Part shown: positions 8,700 to 16,550 of the stretch, one piece after another
Position numbering within the stretch: the first letter of the stretch is position 1
How the letters are laid out: each line of letters opens with the position of its first letter
Assembly (NCBI GenBank): GCA_964429715.1
Contig: CAYSCV010000002.1
Location: forward strand, 1-41,246
Length of the DNA: 41,246 bases
Reading direction: 5' to 3'
Source of the DNA: an uncultured Methanosarcinales archaeon
GTDB taxonomy: Archaea > Nanobdellota > Nanobdellia > Woesearchaeales > GW2011-AR9
Made by a program: the position numbers and the translations under genes
The notes under the pieces: model-generated
The model's input: only the letters and a program-made list of their open reading frames with translations
Database searches by the model: none
Told to the model about the DNA's origin: nothing

Positions 8700-9258
8700 G
8701 CTAAATAAAATTGTACAGAAGTATCCTGAACTTCTTGATATCTTAGTCTTTGGCTCACTTGTTCGTGGCAAACAACACCCTTCCGATATTGACATATTAC
8801 TCCTGTTTAAAGAAAAAGTAGATAAGAATATAGAATACCTTGTTAGAAAAACACTTGAAAAACATGCAAAGAACATTTCCCTTATTTCTAAAACAGAACA
8901 AACGGTCTTCGATTCAGCGTTTGATGCTCGGGAGAGTATGCTCTTTGAAGCCAAAAGCCTGCTTACTGGAGAAAATATAGCTAAACAATATGGTTTTTCC
9001 TCATTTGGTATGTTCAAATATCAGTTCAAACAATGGAGCAAACTCCAAAAAACAAAATTTTATTATGCCCTCAACGGTCGTGGCAAGACCGGCATCGCCG
9101 ATCAGTATAAAAGCATCAAACTCTCCGATTCCGTCATACTCGTACCATTAGAACACATCGAAGAATTTCGCAGTTTTCTTGAAACCTGGAAGATTGACTA
9201 TAAATATATCCCTTTGATTATACCTTCTCGATTAGGAAAGAAGAGCATTTTAGAATAG
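8668..9258 (+). CDS. Minimal nucleotidyltransferase with C-terminal extension (paralog of 6179..6802)
   Basis: 196 aa from MILQPIK. Core VFGSLVRGKQHPSDIDILLLF. C-terminal module FGMFKYQFKQWSKL...SVILVPLEHIEEFRSFL aligns with the other NTase. Confidence 0.7.
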   Translation: MILQPIKLKHELNKIVQKYPELLDILVFGSLVRGKQHPSDIDILLLFKEKVDKNIEYLVRKTLEKHAKNISLISKTEQTVFDSAFDARESMLFEAKSLLTGENIAKQYGFSSFGMFKYQFKQWSKLQKTKFYYALNGRGKTGIADQYKSIKLSDSVILVPLEHIEEFRSFLETWKIDYKYIPLIIPSRLGKKSILE

Positions 9259-9650
9259 AGAACTTTCATTTTTACAAACCAAAAATTTGTAAACCAAAAC
9301 TACGAAAAGTGATAAAGTTGATTGTGCTGCAAATAAAAGGGTACTTGCACAGAAAAATTGGGGGGCAATCAAAGGAAGCCAACAAGGGTATAAAAAATGT
9401 ATTGCATCTTGTACTGAGGGCGAAGAAATGATTACATGCTCGTTAAATGATGATGGAAAGCAAGAGTTGAGTTCCTGGAAGTGTGATCTAAATGTTGGTG
9501 GGTGGAACTTCATAACAGATGTTTCTGCATGTAAATCAGGTATGAGTTGTAAAGCGCCAGAAAGTGGTGTTGCGCTCTGCCAATAATTTTTTTCTTTTCT
9601 TTTTTTCCTTCCCAAAACCTTCTTAAACCCTTCTCGTAACCCCTAACATA

Positions 9651-10763
9651 ATGTCCACCCCTCTCTGCCCCTACTTCGCCAAATGCGGCGGCTGTACTGC
9701 CCAACATATCGACTACGAATTACAATTAGAAAACAAAAAGAAACTCGTCCAACGCATCACCAAAATAGATAACGTCAATGTCTTCTCAGATCAACCCTAT
9801 TCCTATCGCAATCGCATGGACTTCATCTTCTTTCCCGGTGGTCTCGGCTTACGAGAACAAGGCACAAAATTTCAAATCATCGATATCGACAAATGCGCCA
9901 TCTCCGAACAACCATTAAATACACTGCTGCAAGAAGTTCGACAATTCTTCCAACACGTCGACGCCTTCAACTCAAGTAAACAGCAAGGCACCAATCGTTA
10001 CGCCGTCATCCGCACAACCTCAACTGGGGATTCTGCTCTCTCTTTCCTCCTCAACGAAGATTCCCCGCAGTTACCCCACGCCATTGAAAAAATAAAATTA
10101 TTCGCCAAACAAACAACCGCCAAGAACATCATCATCGCCGTCGTGCCAAAAAATATTGATAGCAGCACCAGCGAAGAAACCATCATAATCAAAGGCCATG
10201 ACTACCTCACCGAAACGCTTTGTAACAAACAATTTCGCTACTCCTCACAAGGCTTCTTTCAAAACAACACCAACCTGGCTGAACAAATGCAACAATACGT
10301 CCACACTCTCCTAAAATCCTACCCCACAAAACAAGCCCATCTCCTCGACCTCTACGCCGGCGTCGGCACATTCGGTATAATCAACTCCTCTTTATTCAAA
10401 TCCGTCTCCATAGTCGAAAGCTATCCTGCCTCAATCGAACTCGCAAAAATAAACCTCCAATTAAACAACATCACCCACGCCCAAACGCATGTCTTAGATG
10501 CCAAACACCTCTCCCGTCTCTCTTTTCCCTCTCCATTATACATCATCCTCGACCCGCCCAGAATTGGCATGGACCAAAAAACTATCCAAACAATAAAACT
10601 CCTAAAACCCGAACTCATTATCTACATCTCCTGCAACCCTGAACAATTAGCCAAAGACCTGCCTAAATTCTCCAACTACGAAATAAAAAGCGCCGCATTA
10701 TTTGATCTATTTCCGCAGACGAATCATTGCGAAGTTGTGGTTGAGCTTGTTTGGAAGAAGTAG
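9651..10763 (+). CDS. RumA/TrmA-family RNA (uracil-C5)-methyltransferase with a [4Fe-4S] cysteine motif, no TRAM domain
   Basis: 370 aa. CPYFAKCGGCTAQH (Cx5CxxC) plus a later IDKCAIS. SAM motif LLDLYAGVGTFG, ILDPPRIGM, catalytic-Cys block YISCNPEQLAKD, C-terminal FDLFPQTNHCEVVVEL. Confidence 0.85.
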   Translation: MSTPLCPYFAKCGGCTAQHIDYELQLENKKKLVQRITKIDNVNVFSDQPYSYRNRMDFIFFPGGLGLREQGTKFQIIDIDKCAISEQPLNTLLQEVRQFFQHVDAFNSSKQQGTNRYAVIRTTSTGDSALSFLLNEDSPQLPHAIEKIKLFAKQTTAKNIIIAVVPKNIDSSTSEETIIIKGHDYLTETLCNKQFRYSSQGFFQNNTNLAEQMQQYVHTLLKSYPTKQAHLLDLYAGVGTFGIINSSLFKSVSIVESYPASIELAKINLQLNNITHAQTHVLDAKHLSRLSFPSPLYIILDPPRIGMDQKTIQTIKLLKPELIIYISCNPEQLAKDLPKFSNYEIKSAALFDLFPQTNHCEVVVELVWKK

Positions 10764-10768
10764 TTATC

Positions 10769-11479
10769 TTATCTATTTTTAAATATCGCTTCAAATTGTT
10801 GTATTTCTTCCTCAAAATTTTCACCAATTTTACTTCTTGATTTTTGATTTATCCAATCTGTTCCGGTCATTTCTGTCACATAATATGGTTTTTCATACTT
10901 TTCGATATATGTTCCCTCGCAGGGGATATTTATACCAAGCATTATATGTTCGCGTGATACCAAGAGGCAATTATCAATACCTGCGATGGTGAGCATGGAT
11001 GCACCTAATATGGATAAATCTGCACAATTCCCTCCATATTCACATAGTGTTTCAATTGGGTATTTTACATAATTTAAATTTCGTTCTTGATAGGGAATAT
11101 GGTGTACAAAATCAACGATCAATTCAGCCATCTCTTTTTTCTTTTGGCTATAGTTTCCGATTACGCTCTCACCAAGAGAACGAGTAATCTCATAAAGGTA
11201 TTGGTCAGTTGTGGTTATAAATTTACTATATCGTTCATTTCCATTATTCAATTTTCTTGGTTTTGATTTATATGCTATGTATGTATTTGTAGGAATGTGC
11301 CATTTCCAATCAGATCCGTGAAAATTATAAAAATAAATGTTGAAGTTAGAGTTATGTCGTAACCCTCTTTTTCCTTTGGCAACTCTTTCTACAAGAGTGA
11401 TTTTTTCTACTTGTTTCGGTTTTGCATGTGCTTGTCCTTTTCGCTCTGATTGAAATAGTTTTAGAAGTGATTCTAACAT
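10769..11479 (-). CDS. Transglutaminase-like putative cysteine protease
   Basis: 236 aa. GGNCADLSILGASMLTIAGI followed by SREHIMLGI fits the Cys...His core of the transglutaminase-like superfamily. The gene is more AT-rich than its neighbours. Confidence 0.5.
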   Translation of the reverse strand: MLESLLKLFQSERKGQAHAKPKQVEKITLVERVAKGKRGLRHNSNFNIYFYNFHGSDWKWHIPTNTYIAYKSKPRKLNNGNERYSKFITTTDQYLYEITRSLGESVIGNYSQKKKEMAELIVDFVHHIPYQERNLNYVKYPIETLCEYGGNCADLSILGASMLTIAGIDNCLLVSREHIMLGINIPCEGTYIEKYEKPYYVTEMTGTDWINQKSRSKIGENFEEEIQQFEAIFKNR

Positions 11480-11553
11480 ATTTTTTTGGCGAGAAGGTGC
11501 TTTTTAAAGTTTTCGTACCCATTTTATTGGAAAAATCGCAGGGTCGAATACAA

Positions 11554-11623
11554 GAAGGCAAAGCCTTCTGTACAGAAATGAAGTAGTCTCTTCATTTCTT
11601 GTACCCCACTGCTTGCAGTGGGG
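11554..11623. other. Three consecutive perfect or near-perfect hairpins in an intergenic spacer
   Basis: GAAGGC-aaa-GCCTTC (11554-11568). TACAGAAATGAAG-tagtct-CTTCATTTCT(T)GTA (11571-11603). CCCCACT-gcttgc-AGTGGGG (11604-11623). Read on the minus strand the block is followed by a T5 run. Confidence 0.35.
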
Positions 11624-11662
11624 ATAGGTGCGAGTGGCGAGTTTTCGTTATTTAGAAGCAGG

Positions 11663-12850
11663 TTAGAATAATTTTAATACAAATGGCAACACCAAACTTG
11701 CAACTAATAATAACAAGAAAAACATCCCAATCTGCCTATACTTTTTCTCCCCTTGCTCCGCTCCTTTCAACTTGTGCATAAACGTCTGCACCATTCTTCC
11801 CCCATCCACAATTGGCAACGGCAACAAATTAAACAACCCAATTCCTAAACTCAATAAAAATAACCATCGTAAAAACGCAGCCCCCACCTCAATAATATAA
11901 TATCCAACCGCTCCAATTCCTGACTGAAACGCTAACTTCGCCTTCACTTCATTCTTAATATCTTTTATCCCTAAAAATCCTTTCTCTGGTTGCTCCGGAT
12001 TCGCCGCTAACACCAACGTATACACTTTTCCCCCTGCCTCAACAACTACATTATCCCCTGGCTTCTTACACTGTAACCCGTCACTAAACTCCTGAAAATT
12101 CTTTGTCTGCTTCCCATCAATACCCGTAATAACCGTACCTGCTCCAATCCCTGCCATCGCAAACGGATACGAAGTATTATAATAATGCTCAAAAGTGAAC
12201 CCACCTACATCCGTCATCTCCGTTTGAATCGGATTAATCACCAACGTCAACAACACAAACGCCACAACCGCTAAAATAATATTTGAAAACGCCCCTGCTG
12301 CTAAGATCGAATACTGCACTGTATCCTTCTCTTTTTCCATCTTCTTCTCGTTTGGCTCAACAAACGCCCCAATCACCGGTCCAAAAAAAACAACTCCCGT
12401 ATTTTTCACTTCCACTTTGTGCGCCCGCGCTACAATCCCATGAGAAAACTCATGCACCACTGCAATCACAAAAATAGCAATCAGCCAATGCCAGAACGGC
12501 AACACCCCTAACCCCGGCACATTTACTCCAGGCAATACTAAAGACACCCCTGATTGCGCTTCAGGCACCATAATCAAATCATAAATATTCTTCAGTAAAA
12601 AGAAAGAGATAAACACCATCCCTATAAAACCAACACCTACACCTATGTACCCCAATAAAATTACCCACTCCCTGTACTTTGTAGAATACTTGTCCATCAA
12701 CCCAATCCCTAACTTTGTTCGATACAGAAAAATAATTTTACCCTGCACATCAATCTTACGTCGATGCAGCACAAGAAACAAAATAATCGCTAAATAAAAT
12801 ATAAGAATATATTTATACGTAACAACAAACGAAAGTATCGCCTCAAACAT
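11663..12850 (-). CDS. Site-2 protease, M50 family, with PDZ-like insert
   Basis: HExxH in a TM helix (VVHEFSHGIVA), second motif FNLLPLPIVDGGRM, multiple TM segments, PDZ-like middle (VITGIDGKQTKNFQEF). Start set to the ATG at 12850; the track start at 12856 is TTG. Confidence 0.85.
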   Translation of the reverse strand: MFEAILSFVVTYKYILIFYLAIILFLVLHRRKIDVQGKIIFLYRTKLGIGLMDKYSTKYREWVILLGYIGVGVGFIGMVFISFFLLKNIYDLIMVPEAQSGVSLVLPGVNVPGLGVLPFWHWLIAIFVIAVVHEFSHGIVARAHKVEVKNTGVVFFGPVIGAFVEPNEKKMEKEKDTVQYSILAAGAFSNIILAVVAFVLLTLVINPIQTEMTDVGGFTFEHYYNTSYPFAMAGIGAGTVITGIDGKQTKNFQEFSDGLQCKKPGDNVVVEAGGKVYTLVLAANPEQPEKGFLGIKDIKNEVKAKLAFQSGIGAVGYYIIEVGAAFLRWLFLLSLGIGLFNLLPLPIVDGGRMVQTFMHKLKGAEQGEKKYRQIGMFFLLLLVASLVLPFVLKLF

Positions 12851-12900
12851 AACCAAAGGACAAACCTAAGAGTATTTATTACTTTCGCAAAACATTCCGC

Positions 12901-13062
12901 CTATTTCTTACGCTTTGGTCGTAGCTTAGTCGCTTTACACGAACGACATTTAACTTTTCCTTGGCTAACTTTTAAGCTTGGCGCTCGTATTTTCGCTTTA
13001 CAAATTCGGCACACGAAAATATTTTTCATAATTCGTGCCCCTGCTTCTTCAAATTTTACCAT
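12901..13062 (-). CDS. rpl40e: 50S ribosomal protein L40e (53 aa; below the ORF-track cutoff)
   Basis: Hand translation: MVKFEEAGARIMKNIFVCRICKAKIRAPSLKVSQGKVKCRSCKATKLRPKRKK. CxxC...CxxC zinc ribbon and a basic tail typical of L40e. GAGGT about 9 nt upstream of the ATG. Confidence 0.85.
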   Translation of the reverse strand: MVKFEEAGARIMKNIFVCRICKAKIRAPSLKVSQGKVKCRSCKATKLRPKRKK

Positions 13063-13099
13063 GATAATATACCTCTAACATCTAATAATAATCATCTAG

Positions 13100-13507
13100 T
13101 TACAAATTCTTCACTTGCTTCATCACTTTTGCACCCATCATTGTCCAATATAGTACTTCGACACCTTCCCTGACATCTGCCCGCATTTCCTCAGGAATCT
13201 CCATCTCAAACGTCTCAAACGTTTCCGTATCCATCACATTTGCTATTATTCCTGAAATCGACAACACTTGCGCACTCTTCTTCTCAATAATTGGCACTTC
13301 CACCCGATCATGTCCCGGCATAACTACATTCCGTTTCTTTCCATCAAGTAAACCTGCTGCCATTAAATTAACTTTAGCGTGGCCATGCTTACCGGGTCGT
13401 GAAGTAGCGGTATCCGTAATTTTACACGGTGCTCCATCGATAATAATTGTGTCTCCTTTCTTAAGCGATCCCACGCTTACTAATTTTTTTTCATAGTCTG
13501 TGCTCAT
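13100..13507 (-). CDS. eif5a: Translation initiation factor 5A (aIF5A)
   Basis: Hypusination loop SRPGKHGHAKV, KOW-like N-domain, OB C-domain. ATG at 13507 is preceded by GGTGA; the track start at 13516 is GTG. Confidence 0.92.
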   Translation of the reverse strand: MSTDYEKKLVSVGSLKKGDTIIIDGAPCKITDTATSRPGKHGHAKVNLMAAGLLDGKKRNVVMPGHDRVEVPIIEKKSAQVLSISGIIANVMDTETFETFEMEIPEEMRADVREGVEVLYWTMMGAKVMKQVKNL

Positions 13508-13512
13508 GTTTC

Positions 13513-13728
13513 TCACCTATTCTCTGTTGCTAATTGAATATCTTTGTCAATAATTGTCTTTCGTCCCGCATGCTCCGCCAACTTTTTCGCTTCCAGTGCA
13601 ATTTCTTTCCCTTTTTGCTCTAAGACAAGAGCCAATGCTTCTTTTGCATCATCCGCTACCCGCTCGGCACCAGCCTCTCGCATAATCTTGTCCATAGCGT
13701 TCAAGGAGAGAAAAGCCTTTTTACTCAT
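13513..13728 (-). CDS. Archaeal histone (HMf family)
   Basis: 71 aa. Histone fold with REAGAERVADDAKEAL and EHAGRKTIIDKDIQLA (the RKT motif of archaeal histones). Confidence 0.9.
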   Translation of the reverse strand: MSKKAFLSLNAMDKIMREAGAERVADDAKEALALVLEQKGKEIALEAKKLAEHAGRKTIIDKDIQLATENR

Positions 13729-13812
13729 AGACTTAGAAAAATAGGGGGTTCTTTTTAAAGCTATCGCTGGAGGTTTTTAAGTGGTTTAAGATAAAATAAG
13801 TACCACTCCATT

Positions 13813-14586
13813 CTAAAAATAATCCAAAATTGACTGCCATGTTGAATTTTTTCTTCCTTTAAGTTGTGTCTCTGCTCGTACATTTTTCATGACCCCTCGT
13901 TTTTCTTTTCGCACAAACTCTGTAATCTCTTTCTCAATCTGTTCACACTTTGGAAACAACGCCTCCGCACGTTTAAATTCCGGTGAATGATACGAATGTC
14001 TCCCTTCATGCTGCGTAAACATAAATTTCTGATGCAACATCTCATGATACATAATATACATTAATATCTCAGGCCTCGCCTTTCGAAACGTCTCCGAAAT
14101 CGTAATCATATCGCTATGGAAATTATAATGTGCTAATCTTCTAAACGCCTGCTGCCCCCATTGCAAATTCGGCCGCTCTAACTCCCCTTCAAAAAATTTT
14201 TCATTCAACTCTAAAAACACACTCTCCAACTTCTCATCCGTAACTGTCTTCGGCGTCAATATCGGAATATTCTTAATAAAATTATTATACAAATTAATAT
14301 TCATTGTCTGCCTCTTTCCACCATTATCTTTCAATATCTTTAACAGCAATGATTGCACCAACCCAATCTTGATCTCCTCATCAATATCTTTCCACTGCAA
14401 ATTCATACCCAACGAAATCACCTCCCCTCTTAATTTAATATTCGCATTAAATGACGACAACCTTCGATTATATTCTATTTGCGTTTCATACGGACACAAC
14501 TTCTCCGGAAATAGCCGTGCATACGATTCTTTAATAAGATCCATAGTAATCTCAGAAACACCTCTTAATATAAAAATATCCCTCAT
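13813..14586 (-). CDS. DUF45/YgjP- or SprT-like zinc metallohydrolase
   Basis: 257 aa. HExxH (MYHEMLHQKF) followed by HSPEFKRAEALFP, the H-[ST]-x-x-F block typical of YgjP/DUF45-type metallopeptidases. Confidence 0.6.
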   Translation of the reverse strand: MRDIFILRGVSEITMDLIKESYARLFPEKLCPYETQIEYNRRLSSFNANIKLRGEVISLGMNLQWKDIDEEIKIGLVQSLLLKILKDNGGKRQTMNINLYNNFIKNIPILTPKTVTDEKLESVFLELNEKFFEGELERPNLQWGQQAFRRLAHYNFHSDMITISETFRKARPEILMYIMYHEMLHQKFMFTQHEGRHSYHSPEFKRAEALFPKCEQIEKEITEFVRKEKRGVMKNVRAETQLKGRKNSTWQSILDYF

Positions 14587-14619
14587 TTAACGATTAAAAA
14601 AATTTAAAAATAAAAAAAA

Positions 14620-15807
14620 TTACGGCACAACCATCGCCGGAACAACCTCAATATACGTATTTCCAACTTTAATTTTATCTCCAAAATAAAGTTGAGTAGG
14701 TTCCTTAATCTTATTCTTATTGATATAAGTCCCATTATGACTTTCTAAATCAGTAATATTAATCCCCTCTCCTGAGATGTATAATTTTGCGTGAGTCCGA
14801 GACACATTTGAATCAGGTATTTGCAAATCCACTTCAGAGCAACGACCAATCGTATACTCTCCCGCCAAAGACTCAACAAGGCGTTCAAACTCAAATTTCC
14901 CTCTCCCCTGTAAATAAAACGAAGAATCCGGTTTAAGTGGAGTTTGAACAGTAGGAATAACCGTTGCGGTATAAGTGCGTTTTTTTGTAACCGCGTCCTG
15001 ATTCCATTGTATCGTTGAACTTCCCAAAATCGCAGTCATCGTATCATACGCAGTTGCAACCGATCCAGTTGATGTTTGCGTTCCTAAATCCCCTAAATCA
15101 ACACCTTTTGTTTGTCCCCATTCTGTTGACATCACTGTATCTTGGTCTTTGTGTAATGTAACCATTTGCGCATAAAGATGACTCACATAATGAATAACTC
15201 CTCCTTTTCCAAACGGAAACGAAACCCCTAGTGCGGCATTACCCCCATATCTTTCCCCAAATTCAGCGCTGGATAAAATAATCTTAACATCTTCATGCAT
15301 TGGCAACGCTAAAGGATAACTGCTATTCTCCACAAACCAACTTAACGTTGGCGCATCTTTTTCCAGAATTTGCCCATCAATTGCAAAGGACTCATTCTGT
15401 TCCCTTGTCCGTTGATTATTCCAACCGATATATTCTGGGAAAATAGCATTTGTTAATGTCAGCGCCCAATCCGTTGTAATTAATGTTCCTCCTTCTCGTA
15501 CATGATCTTTTAATCGTTCCGTGAGACTTCGTGGCGGATTATTAATTGAACTACAATTCACAAAAATTGGTCGAGTATGAATCAGAGGCAAAGTATTCAA
15601 CTCCAGCAATCCTTTCGTTTCATACGGAATTTCCATTGCTTGAAGAATACGTCCTATATGGTCGTGTTGTCCTGGCACAACGATTGGTTTTAATTCTTTA
15701 AGGTCAAGAAACTGTTTTGCAATCAAACTATCTTTCCCTTTTTGTGCTGCTAACCCTTTTCCTGCCGCTGCATACGCCGCATCCATATTATTATCCTGGG
15801 TCGTCAT
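14620..15807 (-). CDS. FHA-domain protein with an N-terminal GATase1/ThuA-like domain
   Basis: C-terminal FHA (YTIGRCSEVDLQIPDSNVSRTHAKLY...LESHNGTYIN...GDKIKVGN). The N-terminal ~230 aa show an alternating beta/alpha pattern (IVVPGQHDHIGRILQ, IFVNCSS, VREGGTLITTDWA) reminiscent of class-I amidotransferase-like folds. GGAGGGAT precedes the ATG. Confidence 0.7.
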   Translation of the reverse strand: MTTQDNNMDAAYAAAGKGLAAQKGKDSLIAKQFLDLKELKPIVVPGQHDHIGRILQAMEIPYETKGLLELNTLPLIHTRPIFVNCSSINNPPRSLTERLKDHVREGGTLITTDWALTLTNAIFPEYIGWNNQRTREQNESFAIDGQILEKDAPTLSWFVENSSYPLALPMHEDVKIILSSAEFGERYGGNAALGVSFPFGKGGVIHYVSHLYAQMVTLHKDQDTVMSTEWGQTKGVDLGDLGTQTSTGSVATAYDTMTAILGSSTIQWNQDAVTKKRTYTATVIPTVQTPLKPDSSFYLQGRGKFEFERLVESLAGEYTIGRCSEVDLQIPDSNVSRTHAKLYISGEGINITDLESHNGTYINKNKIKEPTQLYFGDKIKVGNTYIEVVPAMVVP

Positions 15808-16037
15808 GTTGATATCCCTCCCTTTGTCTTGATTTACAAATGAGTAGAGATATTTAAAACAAGATAGTGTATATTTAGTGAAAAAGATAGTTTTATTGCC
15901 AATTTACAATCTTTTTTACTAAAAATCAAGTTATTTATAATAAAAATAAATATCTAACGGGGTAGAAAAGAAGTCGATATTTTATATAATCTAAAGACTG
16001 ACATGTTTTTATAGTAATCCCCTCCTCTCTTTCCCAA

Positions 16038-16544
16038 ATGATCAAAACCATCGACGAGTTCTATCTCCAATCACAAAAATATGTAGATTTGTTCAACGTA
16101 TTTGCCAAAAAGCACGAATTGATAGGCCTAACCAAAGCAGACCATATATGCTATAAATGTGGTTCCCCTACATCATTTGAATCTCTGCGCACAATCTTTG
16201 AAAACAACAGTGAATATATCTATCAATCCCTAATTTCTAAACGTAGAATTAGTATTATCAAATTAAAACAAAGCATCAGTACCCTATTGGGCGAAATTCA
16301 TTTTGTCGAACTTTCAGATCAAAAACCAGACCAATCCCAAAGTGATGGCTTTGATCACATTGAAGTGTATGGCACTAGTATTTCGTATGACGAATTGGTC
16401 ACCACACTTGCCAAAACAGAAAAAGTAATCAAAGTTCAGCGGCCTCATCACACCACTCACGATGTAAAAATAAACGAACACTTCTTATTTCGCTGCACCC
16501 AAGAACCGCTGATCACAAAAATAAAACATGAAGAAATGATCTGA
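16038..16544 (+). CDS. VOC/YecM-like metal-binding protein (tentative)
   Basis: 168 aa. ADHICYKC and FDHIEVYG blocks resemble the paired His-containing beta-alpha-beta-beta-beta modules of the YecM/VOC fold. Weak assignment. Confidence 0.4.
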   Translation: MIKTIDEFYLQSQKYVDLFNVFAKKHELIGLTKADHICYKCGSPTSFESLRTIFENNSEYIYQSLISKRRISIIKLKQSISTLLGEIHFVELSDQKPDQSQSDGFDHIEVYGTSISYDELVTTLAKTEKVIKVQRPHHTTHDVKINEHFLFRCTQEPLITKIKHEEMI

Positions 16545-16550
16545 TCCAAA

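Noticed and set aside
9271-9293. 8-bp hairpin TTTACAAA-ccaaaaa-TTTGTAAA just after the NTase stop
   Set aside because: A short AT-only stem of low stability, common by chance in AT-rich spacers. Noted but not called as a feature.
9250-9615. 121-aa minus-strand ORF in the NTase/RumA spacer
   Set aside because: The sequence is not protein-like (no motifs, odd composition). It is the antisense shadow of a Cys-rich open frame on the + strand and has no ribosome-binding context.
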